Shown here piece after piece: positions 47,971 to 60,500 of a DNA stretch of 64,000 nucleotides. A program made the position numbers and the translations under genes. This DNA comes from Takakia lepidozioides (lineage: Eukaryota > Plantae > Bryophyta): NCBI GenBank assembly GCA_030704615.1, contig CM060732.1, forward strand, positions 50,344,001 to 50,408,000. The letters are read 5' to 3'. The notes under the pieces are model-generated. The model did not search any database, was not told where the DNA came from, and saw nothing but the letters and a program-made list of their open reading frames with translations. Numbering within the stretch: position 1 is the first letter of the stretch; each line of letters begins with the position of its first letter.

Positions 47971-48778
47971 ATCTTAAAATGAGAGGCCCTCTGAATTGTG
48001 ATTCGTCATATTTCATTTTGTTTCCTTTTCTTTTTTTTCTTTTTTCTTTCTGGTCCTCTTAAAATCTTAATGTATCATAACTGAAAATCAGGTTATATTT
48101 ATAATTGTTGTATTGGGACCCGGTGGTCTTCCACTTTGATAATGACATATTGATAACCTTAGAACTTTTTTTGGGGGACACTTCTATTGATAACCTCTAT
48201 CCGCCACAATTTCCAAACCCCTACATTTTATATAACCGCCTCCATACCGATTTAAACAAAGATGCCTTACCCAGACCCTTCAATATGCCCAAATTGTCAT
48301 ACCCGCCCAACACTGGTGCATACCTTGCCCACGACAACAAAGCAGGCCTAAACTGAGAGGCTGGTAACACAGGCTACGTCACAATGCAAACCAACTTTTA
48401 AAAAGTGTATACAAAATCAACCTTATATGGAAAGCATAAAGAGGGTGTGGTGGGGGGATTGCAAGGAGAGAGGGCCCTTCCCCGCTTCCTCTCCCCTGCT
48501 CTGTGTTAAGGTCGCTTAGCTTGGTGACTGGGATGTTCCCCTTCAGTAGGCCGCCTCCTGGTGATTATTTTTTCCACCATTTTGTAACCTCCTTTTATTT
48601 AATTTGATTAAAAGGGCATCGGTCCCCTTTCATAAAAATAAATAAAAATAAAGAGTTTTTTAAGAGAGCTCCATTAATAATAATAATATTATTATAAGAG
48701 AAAGGGGACAGAGGCCCTTTTAGCTCCATTATGCACTATAAATCTCTCTCTCTCTCTTTGCATGGAGCTCTCCCCTCC

Positions 48779-49467
48779 CTGGACAACCGTTTAGGCATTT
48801 TTGCGCCTAATAATAAAATCAATCAATCAGAAAATTAGGCATGATTTGAAAACAATTTCTCAAATTAGGCATCTTTCATGCTATATTTTTTTAGAATTAG
48901 GCACATGAGAAGAGAAAACATTTATTTTCTTAAGAATAAAATTACCAAATAGACACCCAATGCCCATGGCCCTTCAACACTCCAGCTACCTTTCATTGCC
49001 TTTGAAACCCTAAAAATGCCCCTCTTTGTTGTACGCAGTGCTCCAAGGCTCAAGTGGTGCTCCAAGGCAAGCGCTCTCACACTTTAGGTGAGCTCAATAT
49101 TGATAGTCCACAGTAGTGTAGGCATGTTGGTATAGGGCTTTGGTACATTGGTCATTGGGTTCACTTGTTTTCATATTGGTGTGCTCGTGCATGGTGAAAC
49201 CTCTTACATAATGGTACTCTTGAGTTGTGGTAGGCTGGTAGGCTAGTTATTTTTGCACGCATATATTTGTATTGATTTTTGTTCAAAGAAATTTTGATCT
49301 TATTACAAACAACATGAGAAGAGGCTTGCAAGATTTTGGGTGGAATTTTTGGGCATTAGGCACTTTGGTCCCATAATTTCCCATCAATTAGGCCAAAATC
49401 TGAAAATTCACAGAATTGATTAGGCACTTTCATTTTGAATTAATTATCGCCTAAACGGTTGTCTGGA
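48779..49467. mobile_element. Non-autonomous TIR element (MITE) upstream of the ABCB gene
   Basis: TIR GACAACCGTTTAGGC (48782-48796) / GCCTAAACGGTTGTC (~49450-49464). Repeated internal AATTAGGC. TSD not resolved. Confidence 0.8.
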
Positions 49468-49954
49468 CGATATTGTAGAATTCTAGGGCTTTATGATCTG
49501 GTTTCACTCTTGACTAGCAGCGGCTGAGTAAGTTAATTTTGGTAACAAGTCTAACATACATGCAAGTTACGTAAGTATCTCTCTCAAATTAGTCAAGTGG
49601 GCCATCTGAACTGGTTGGATCCTTGGGCCATACATTTTTGAACTGCCCTCAATGCACACTCACAAATCACAACCCTCGCCCATGTATGCCTCATGGACTG
49701 CACCATGCTTACTATTTTCGCTTGTGGGCTCTGTCCCCATTCAAAAAAGAAGAGAGAGAATTCCATGATCCTCACAAAACAAATGGGAGCTACAGAGGAA
49801 GAAGGTTTAGTTAGCTATATGGTGAGGGCTAGCAAACGACAGGTTCAGTTATGATTTCACCTTCTCTTGACTATCTACTCTTCATCCCAACATCTGGATA
49901 CACTGCACTAGATAGTAGGGTATACTAAACCCATTGATGCAAGAAAGAAAGTTG

Positions 49955-50095
49955 GTCCAGTGAATATACAGAGCCTACTGCTCAATACACAGCCCATCCA
50001 GGGACCAATGACATGTTGAGGGATTGAACCCAGGATCACCCAGGTTATGTACAGGCAAGGCATAAATACCCCACCACTGGGCTTGACCTGCTCAT
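49955..50095 (-). mobile_element. tRNA-derived SINE, same family as 32168-32330
   Basis: Reverse complement shares GTGCCTTGCCTGTACAT.ACCT.GGTGATC.TGGGTTCAATCC and TTGAGCAGTAGGCTCTGTA. Confidence 0.75.
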
Positions 50096-50736
50096 CAAGG
50101 GAGAAAGAGATACTTCTACTAACAGAAGGGCATAATAATAAATGGGGTCCCTGAAAGGGCCCCACGAGGTTTCAAATTGTACCTCATTCCATTAACGCAG
50201 CTACAGAGTCGCACAGACAGTAGTTAGTGAAGGTGACAGGCTGCAGCTCATCACTTCTCATGAGTCTGGCGTATGTGTGGGTGGGGCTGTCTTTACTGGG
50301 GCCCAGGTCATCATGTCAACGCCATCAAAGCAGTTGCAAGCTGCAAGCAAGTGCAGTGGGGTCTTGTTCGTATTCCCACATTTGAACGCCGTGAGAACGT
50401 AGCACTGATTGTTTTCCACTCCGTCAAATTTCGCTTTTCCTTTCTCACTGACGAGGCACCGCTCGCATTGTCACTGAATGCCAACTCTCCCTCCCTCTCT
50501 CTCCCTCTCTCTCTCTGGCTGTGAGAGAACCACAACGTGTGGCTATGATTGGACATTCTCATTTGAATGATCTTGAGCTGTTCTTAGGCGAATGTTGTTA
50601 AGTGGACTTAAGGGCCTTCCAGGCCTTTTCGTGATCAGCCGACTTTGAGCTTTTTCGATAGCCTGACAACTTCGAAAGGGAGAAAGACAATGCGCTGGTG
50701 AATTCCCGGCTGCTGAACTCGGAGGCAGGCATACCT

Positions 50737-51522
50737 ATGGGTTCATCTGAAATTGTAGACGGAAAATCTCTTTACAAATCACCGCCAGAACTACAACTGA
50801 GCTCCACCCACGATGAAGGCCTCGAGGAAGGGAGACGGAATGGCGAGCATTATAAAGCAAACATGAAAACCCCATTTCCAGATGACAATGTCACAGTGAA
50901 GGAGGAGAAGGAGAAGTCCGAACCCACGAAATCCGTTCCCTTCTACCGACTCTTTGCATTTGCAGACCCATTTGACGTTCTCCTCATGTCTGTGGGGACC
51001 ATAGGAGCGCTCACCCATGGAGCTGGAGTGCCAGTGTTTTGCTACTTCTTTGGACATTTGCTCAATGGCTTTGGTGGCTACGTCAGTGACCCTGCTGAAA
51101 GCACACGTATTGTGAACAAGGTACTGCCTCCCTTCTCCCCTTTCGGCGTTTACCGCATTGAATAAGGGGATTGCGCCCTGCCCCAACTCTCTCTGGGTCT
51201 CGGCTGGACATGTTAGAGTTCCTTACATCGTTTCTTCTCTCCTTCTTTCCTCACATAGGGCTCTTGTAAGAATCTTAAAAAGTTTGGGGTGGTGCTCCCA
51301 ATGCCTGGTTGGCTGACACAGTATGCGCTATACCTTTTCTACTTGGGCCTAGTCGCGTGGTTTGCATCTTGGGCAGGTATGAAATTCTGTCCCCCAGCAG
51401 TGTTTTCAAGGCTGGTTATGGCTTGTTGAACGTTAGACAAATCTAGCACACTTTCTAAGGAGATAAGCATTCTTCCTCCCTCATTGCTTGCAATAGATTT
51501 GCAGGGATGGTCATCGAGCACA

Positions 51523-51553
<31 letters not shown>

Positions 51554-54500
51554 CCTCTCTAGACATAACGAAATTACTCTTTGTTCCTTCCTTCTTTCCA
51601 GTGCTTTGTTTCTTTCTGATGCATTCTAGTTCAAAAAGCTCTTTTGGGTTCTTATGAAGTTGTTCTTGTTCTTGTTTCTCTCTCCATCTTTGTGCGTTGG
51701 TGGCATGGTGCATGTGACTCAGTGGCAGAGGTCGCCACCAGCTATGGGGGCCCCAAGAGCAGCTTACCTGCACGAGCCACTCTCTCTCCTAACAACCTCA
51801 TCAATAGTTATTAGTTTGGTTTTCTAACACTGTTTTCTGCATTGGCCTCAATGCCTACTATTGTTGCAGTTAATTATATCTTTCTTCCCTCTCATTGTGG
51901 ATTTGGGTTATTGGTTTATGGTTGCAGAGGTGGCTTGTTGGATGCAGACCGGCGAGCGGCAGGGAGCTCGGATACGTGCAAAATACTTGGAGTCAATGCT
52001 TAAGCAAGATGTGGGGTTCTTTGACACAGATGCGAAAACCGGAGACATGGTTAGCAGCATGTCAAGTGACTCTTTTGTGGTGCAAGATGCTATCAGCGAG
52101 AAGGTATTCTCACTCTGACCAACTTGATTTGAGTAAATAGAGGTGAAAGGTCCTGCCGTTTCTTGAGTAAAGTGAGGGAACCTAATTCGAAATGAGAGAG
52201 TGAGAACGAAAGAAAGGAACTTCACAATCCACATGAATCCGTAGAGCTTATGGCTAGAATATACAACCAACAAGGCAAGATAACCTCAAGACCTGATTAT
52301 TCCACCAAGGTGGGTCCGAAGGAACTCTAGAACATGCACAGATCAGTGTAGAGAAAGAGAGAGAATGCACTCTTAAGACGTTGTTAGCTTTATGGCTGTA
52401 GACCTGTTCCTGTTTTGTTGGAAACAAAGGAAACAGGCACTACCTTGGGGAGGGGCTCATTCCAGTAGTTGGACTTAAAACAACTAGATCAGGCTTTTCA
52501 GATTTCCTCTAGAAAGCCCTTGACACAAACATCAATCTGCTGTTTGTGAGCTGCCCAGCAAGTAGACCCCAACCTTTAGGCTTAGCCTCGAGAATTGTGG
52601 AAGTTGGTGAACATAAGGTGCAGGTAATATGTTCTTGATGGTGCTGAAGAGGGTCGCTCTCTTACGAGAGTACATTGTATCAAAAAATGGACTGTCTTCA
52701 GGCTGCCCGCACGGTGGGCATTGGCAATCTTCCTTCCCTCTGAAAGGAAGACTCCCCACCCTGAGTTGAAGTCTTAGTCTGGTGTCAGGGGTAGGTAGGT
52801 CCTTCAGATCATCCTTAAAGTCCTCACCCATGCCACAAGCTGGAATCAAATTCAGGACTTATCTTGTTTAACAGGGAATCTGACTTCACGTGAGTTACTG
52901 CATTAAATCCTATGGTTAAGACATTTGGCTGTCATGCTGGTAATTTTGCAGATGGGAAACTTCATGCACTATATGTCGACATTTGTGGTGGGCTTTGCTA
53001 TTGCATTTTTCTCAATCTGGAAGCTTGCCCTGGTCACTCTAGCAATTATCCCATTGATTGCTATTGCTGGGGGTGCATATGCTGTTTCTCTGATAGGCCT
53101 CACATCCAAGAGCCAACAGGCGTATTCCGTAGCAGGCAGCATCGCAGAACAGGTCTACATCATTTTTCTCTTGTCTGCGACTAGTGCAACTTTATGCTAT
53201 GCTCTGGCTTGTGTCTTTTTCTGCTTGTCAGTATCTGTCCAAGTACTACGTGTGAGGAGGAATGAAAGGAGAGGCTGGGTGGAGAGGAAAGAGAGAATTT
53301 CCATCACTCTTAATTTAGGAATGGTATATGTAACTCACAGCGTCTCTGGTACCATGGGACAGGCAATAGCGCAGGTGCGCACAGTGCATTCTTTTGTTGG
53401 TGAGGCTAAGGCTGTGGAAACATACTCAAAAGCTCTTCAGTCAACATTGAAGCTGGGTTACCAGGGAGGGCTGGCCAAGGGGCTCGGTGTAGGGGTCACA
53501 TACAGTGTTCTATTCTGCTGCTGGGCACTGCTTCTGTGGTATGGAGGAGTACTTGTACGCAGTGGCTCTGCAACTGGCGGGAAAGCCCTTGCAACTGTCT
53601 TTTCTGTCATCGTTGGTGGCCTGTATGTCTGTCTCCCTTGCACTTCCTCCCTTCTGTATAGTAGTTCTCTACTGACCCTGTGATTCCCTCTCCTGACTTG
53701 TTATTCCGAGGACTACGACCCTTTTTCTGCATGTTCCTTTTCTTTTTGAGTCCACCCTGTCCATTGTTCCTTGTGGGCCCCTCCTGTCTGGGTGATATGA
53801 TGTACTGAGCTTTTTGGCAAGAGATGAAAGTAGCACAGATGTCTTCCATTGCAGGGCTCAACAGTAATATCTGAGATGTTCACTCTTAGACAATCCCTTC
53901 AGGAACGGTTGTTTCTGGGCTTTTAGGGTGCAGGGCTTGTCCCTTTTTTATTTTTTCTCCTGTCCCATAAGCTCTTCGAGCTTTCTGCCGACATAAAGTA
54001 TCATTTTATTTGTTTCTTTCTCTCATCTCACTGCCATTTCATTTTTCGCTGCATGAGGTTTAGATCTTAGACATTACATTGATCAATTGTTGTGGCTGCT
54101 TGTTGGGGGCCCCCAGTTTGTTTCTTGTTTCATGCATTTTCATTTCCCATAAACTCTCTGAGCTTTTGTGGATGTTATAAAACATCATTTCTTTCTGTCT
54201 TCTGGTTTCCTTAACCTTAAGGATGTTCTGAAGGTCTACATACCTTCGGCACTAGACTGAATTTAACTCAATGCAGGGAGCTTACTTTTAACAATTAAGA
54301 GATGCATAGAGGAAATGGAGATTGTAATTGCTGGATATCGGGCATCCTAAAGACCATATGCATTTTCTGTTACTTTGTCCAGGATACTCTCACCAGACAG
54401 TGACCCTCTTCAGGAACATCAAGAACATGGTTCCTGCACCTCTTCCTGGTTCAGCAACTTTCAAAATCTTGAGGCTGAGCCTAAAGCCCTGGCCCTGTTG

Positions 54501-57500
54501 GGGGTCTGACTTTTGGGCTGCTCACACACAGCAGATTGATGCTTGTGTGAAGGGCTTTCTAGAGGGCATCTGGAATGCCCTAGCTGATTGTGTATATCAA
54601 GGTAAGTCTCAGTTACTGGAGTGAGCCCCTCACAAAGGTAGTGCCTATTCCCTATGTTCCCGCCCAAACTGGGTCTGGGGGTCTATGGCCACAAGGCTAT
54701 GGCAATCAAATCCTTATGAGTAATTTTTTCTCTAAGCTTTTTGACCCTTGGGACCGCTATTGATGTTGTAAATGTTTTTTTCTTTCTCTTTCTTCCTCTG
54801 ATCCCTCAGGCCCTGCCTGTTGTAATGGCATTTGTATGTGCAGGGCACTCGGTCAAGGAGCACCAAACCTGGCAGTTTTTGCGAAGGCAAAGGCAAGGGC
54901 CTACAAAATCTTTCAAGTGATTGAGCACAAACCTACGATCAATGTTGAGGATAAGACAGCCAAGCAGCTACCAGCAGTACAGGGCCATATCGAGTTCCAA
55001 AATGTGCAATTTAGCTATCCATCCAGGCCGGATGTGCTAATTTTTAGAGACTTCTCCCTGAGCATCCCTGCTGGCAAGACTGTGGCCATTGTTGGTGGCA
55101 GCGGCTCGGGCAAGAGTACTGTTGTGTCACTTATAGAGCGGTTCTATGACCCAAAATCAGGTAGGATCCTGAAGGAGGATGGAGGGAGAAGAGTCCAAGT
55201 AACATACTCCCTTATGTATGCAGAAATCTGGGAACATCTGTCTGAATGTGCCAGTGGAGTAGAGCAGGGATAGATGTACCGACGATACGGTGCCAGTCAC
55301 CAGGGCATTTACTGTTTCCTTCTACCATTTCAAAATGTACATGAGATTGCCACTCTCAGAAGAACCTACTTTCGGTGGTTGTGCAGGAGAGGTGCTGCTG
55401 GATGGACACAACATTAGATCGTTGCAGCTGAAATGGCTTCGGGGCCAAATTGGGTTAGTCAATCAGGAGCCGGCACTGTTTGCTACCAGCATCAGGGAGA
55501 ACATTCTCTATGGCAAAGAAGGAGGAACAGATGAAGAGATAGAAAAGGCGTCAAAGGCAGCTAATGCCCACTCTTTTATTAGCAACCTTCCAGACGGCTA
55601 CAACACGCAGGTTCTTCACTTCTGATAGTTACATGGAAGGTCGAGTTTTATTTGTATCTGTGAAACAAAGGCATTTCAACCTAACAAATGCACATGCCAT
55701 AGATGCAACACCGAGTTTAGAGGGTATGAGATAGAGATCTCAGTGCTATTGGGGAGACGGTAGTTAGACTTACCTTGAAATCCCGTTTTCAAGCCCAACA
55801 CGCGACCATGGGGTTTGAGAGGTGATACATTCATTGTCTGAATGTTTGCTACTATGCACCCCGAGGCTGTAGTTGTGCCGTGGAGTGTCACCCCAGTAGT
55901 GTATTAGAGCACCTTAGACAGAAATTACTGTAGCAATTGCATGCACCTAATGACACTTGAACTACCTGCAAGTGCTAATTTATGGGCTGGCATCAATATT
56001 GGCTCATCTCCACATTGCTCATCTTAAGCATGTAGCTCGAAAGCTGTGTGAGGAGTCTGACTGTTTCGATCAACTCACAGTGGTGACTGATCATGCGACA
56101 GGTGGGTGAGCGCGGTGTGCAAATGTCAGGTGGCCAAAAGCAACGGATAGCCATTGCACGTGCAATTCTTAAGAACCCTACTATACTACTCCTCGATGAA
56201 GCTACCAGTGCACTTGATGCTAGCTCCGAACAGATTGTGCAGGAAGCTCTGGATCGAGTAATGGTGGGGCGCACGACTGTGGTTGTTGCCCATAGGCTGT
56301 CTACCATACGGAATGCAGATGTGATTGCTGTTGTTCAGGAAGGTGCAATTGTGGAGATAGGAAAGCATGAGGAGCTCCTGGCCAAGTGGCAAGGAGGGGC
56401 ATATTCCACACTTGTTCGGCTGCAGGAAATGGCCACATTAAATGAGAAGGAACCAATTCTTTCCCGGGAGTCCTCTGGCAGGTGAGATGAAGATTTCTTT
56501 TTTGATTTCTTCATATCCACAAAGCTTCTCTCCTACTGTTTTGAGACTGAAGAACACTTTTCCCATTTCACTGTCCCCTCTACTATGACATCCGGGGTTG
56601 ATACAACTGTCTGTGCGGAGACAGCCAATCCCTTGCCGAAATGTTTGGCAGTGTATCTTGACAAGTCTCTCCAGGTAATGGAATATCTTCATGTTGAATA
56701 GTTGCTGGGGCTGCCTCGGCTACACTGAATCGGGTGGGAAGCCTATCTTTGAACAAAAAACAGATGCAGAGAGGAAAAGGAGATAGTTGTTGCTGACTGT
56801 GCGCCTGAATACCTACTCTCCATTTTCTGATACATTGTCGGGGATAATCTCACCACAGACTGACTCTTTCAGGAACATCAAGAAAATGGTTCCTGCACCT
56901 CTGTTCACCAAGTTTGAAAATCTTGAGGCTGAGCCTAAAGCCCTGGCCCTGTTGGGACCTAATTCCTGGGCAGCTCACTTTCAGCAGGCCTTTCTAGAGG
57001 ATATCTGGAAAGCCCGACCTATGCTCAGGCTCTCTTCCGCTTGTTCCATAATCTCTTTGAGCTCCCCGCGGATGGTCATTGAGACTAGAGAATACTTTTT
57101 TCTTTTACTTTCCTCGCTACTATGCGATGCAGTGTCGATACAACCGTCTAAATGTTGACAGCCAATTCCTTGCTGACTGGAAATTAGCAGCGGACCTGAG
57201 CGAGGCTCTTCAGGTAAGGCAATATCTTGATGTTGAATAGTTGCTTTGGGCGGCTTATTTATTGCCTTACTCTCTTCTTGTATTTTTTCTTTCTCTTGTC
57301 CAATATTTTCTTTGAGCTTTCCGGGATTTTATTAAGTGTCTTCCTTTCTCTCTGTGGCTCTATGGTTGCAGTGTCTGAAGCCAGAATAGTTAGTTGCCCG
57401 AATACTGTTGGATGAAAATGAAGTTAGAGGCATAAAACTTCCCTGAACTTTGTTTTGAGTCTGACCTGGGCGAGGACATTAAGGGTGATCTCAAGGGCCT

Positions 57501-60500
57501 ACTTACCCTCGGCACTAGACTGGAATTTATACTACGGGTGGGAAGCCTACCTTACAATAAACAGGGGCAGAGAAGAAGAGGATATTTTAAATGTCGGCTG
57601 TGCGGGCAGCCTGAAGACAATATCCATTTTCTGATACATTGTAGGGGATATTCTCACCAGAGCTCTCTCCTGTTGTTGTTTGTTTTTTTCCTTTCTCTCC
57701 TAGTTTCATGCTTTCTCGAGATCCAGGGGAGACGTCATGTCTATTCCGAGATAGCAAATCCCTCACAGATGTGCTCCACTTCTAGGATCAGATGCTTGGC
57801 AGCATCTGTGCACAAAGCATTAAATACTAAGAAATCCATTGATCAGTAGTTGCTGCGGGGCTGCTTGTTGGGGACCCCATCTCTTTCTTGATTCAGGCTT
57901 TCTTTCATCCATTGCTGGAGTGAGCCTCTCAGAAAGGTATAGTCTTTTCCATTTTGTTGAGCCGGAACTGGGGGTGGGTCTATATTCTTATCCCTTATCT
58001 GTGGATGCTATACAGTATCAATTCATTTCATTTCTCTCAGAAATGAGCAACACAAGGGAACCACTGAACCAGGGAAAGAATCCTACATGTGTTGTTCTAA
58101 TGTGGCACATGGGCCTTGAGGGCTTCCTGCGGATGTAACACATTTCTTCTTACTCTCTTCTGTCAATCTTTCCTGACAGGATCTCCAGGTCGAGCATGTC
58201 AAAATCAGGCAGGAAGCTGAGCCACAGTTTCAGATCAGATGTCTCAGAGTCATCGATGAGAGAAATGGATATTTCAGAGCCTGTCCCCCGTGGATCCGTT
58301 CTACGGCTGTTCAAGATGAACTTGCCTGAATGGCCCTACGTGCTCATTGGTACGGTTGGATCGTGCATAACGGGTGTCCTCAACCCAGGATTTGCACTTA
58401 TTATAAGCCTGGTTTTGAGTGCTTACTACATTACAGATCATAGTAACATGGAGAAACAGATCAACAAGTATTCACTTGTATTTTGTGGGCTTGGGGCTGT
58501 CTCTTTTGTTGGCTACCTTGCCCAACACTATTCCTTTGGTGTCATGGGAGAGAACCTGGTGAAGCGCGTGCGCGAGCAGATGTTTGCAGGTAACGTTCAC
58601 TACTGGTTTTCTATGATGGTGCTTGCATCTTTTTTATTGCAGCTAAGGAGCTCATTCATGAAACATGGGGGTGAATCTTTCAAGCACTAGACGTCTACAT
58701 TGTTGTGTAGTGCCCAGTCCATAATTTATTTTTTAAATCCCTAAAACTTTAACTCTAGAGGAAGTCCTAGTGGTCATGGTGCAAACATAGTAGGAAAGCA
58801 GAAAAGGGGAGCCTCCAACGACCTGTCACCAAGTAATATTCTAAATTGGATACCCTCATTTATATAGGCCACAAGGCATCTCTGATATGCATAATGCATC
58901 GCCTTTCCCATGGATTGGCTGTTTCTAAATAGGCAATGATCCAGATTGAAGACCATCATGGGCCCCAATGGCCCATGGGATGAAGTACACCACTTCATGC
59001 AAAATGTAGACGATGCCCAACAACCAGATACCTCATGCAGTTGGCTCCAAGGCATGTCATTTTCTCAAAACTGAAAACAAGAGGGAAGTTGAAAGTGAAG
59101 AACATTTCTTCTTTCACTGTCCTGTGTATTACAAGATCCGTGGGTGATCCTTGTCTATTCTCTGCATGAGGTGTTGACTAAGACAATCCCTTGAACAACA
59201 GTTGTTTTTGGCCTGCATGTAAGGGCGCCTCTCCTTGTTTCATACTTTCTCTACCCATAAGCTCTTTGAGCTCTCCGGACATTAAAAAGTATCTTTAAGT
59301 ACTTTACACAGAGCTACAACTCTCTATCATGGTGCAGTATAGCCGGTCATGGAATGTGATGAAGCATTCTGCCTACCTCTCGGGCAAGTCTTAGATGGGA
59401 GGGAACCCTGTATGTATGTCATGTTTGATCGTGTACCAGCAGCACTCCACCCCCCACCCAGGTGACCTCCATGGATATAGGGTCAATGTTGAGTCTGGAT
59501 TGAGTAGAAATGTGATGGTGGCTTCCTTGAAGGCTGTTGGTTTATTTGTTTTTTCTAGTTTGCAGATATGCAATCTCTCACAGTGGATCAGCCATGCTTG
59601 GCAAGATACCTGCATGAGGCATGACTCTTAGACAATCCCTTGAACAATAGTTGCTTTTGGGTGCTTGTGGGGTCCCCTCTCTCTTTTTGGCCATAGACCT
59701 GGTGCCTAGTTTGGGTGAAACAAGAGGGATCAGACATTACCTTTGTGGGGGCTCACTCCAGTAGTGGACTGACCTTGATATAAACAAAAAGTTTGGGCAT
59801 TCCAGATTTCCTGCAGAAAGTCCTTGACACAAGCATCAATCTGTTGTGTGTGAGCTGCCCAGCCATTAGACCCAACAGGGCCAGGGCTTTCAGGCTCAGC
59901 ATCGAGAATTTGGAAGTTGGTAGACAGAGGTGTAGGGACTACATTCTTGATGGTGCTGTGGGTTGCTCTCTTGATAAGCATACCCAGGACATGTATTGCA
60001 AGACAGAGAAGAGAAAGAATAGACTATTCGTGTTCAAACTGGAAATGAACTCACATGGAAACACAGGAGAGTCATAGCACATCACCATAGAGCCTTTTCA
60101 GGCACCATCACAAACCTGCATAGTTTCAGACCTCATTAGGGCAGTATGAAAGCACAACTCATATGTCAAACATGTAAACTCCATTACAGTTGCTTAGAGA
60201 TGTACTTCTCAGTGAAAAAGTAGTAAGAAAAGCAGATTTGTAAGATCTACAACTCTACTTATGAGGGAGGGAGGGTGGGTAGGGATAATTTGTACTCACC
60301 CAATTGGAACTGTCGATACCGACTTGGCAACTATTCACATGGTAACCACAATGATGGGAGGGTGAGCTGAATGACTTAGTGACCCAGATCTGCCTCCAAA
60401 CCAACCTTTTCCGCGTGGCAATCAGATGCACACTAGGTAGGCCCTTCTCACAAACAGATCTGCCTCCTCACTGTCTTGACTTAGAGCGCAAATATGAGTT

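Noticed and set aside
47635-47982. Several GC-rich ORFs
   Set aside because: Products of the GC-rich subterminal repeats of the MULE.
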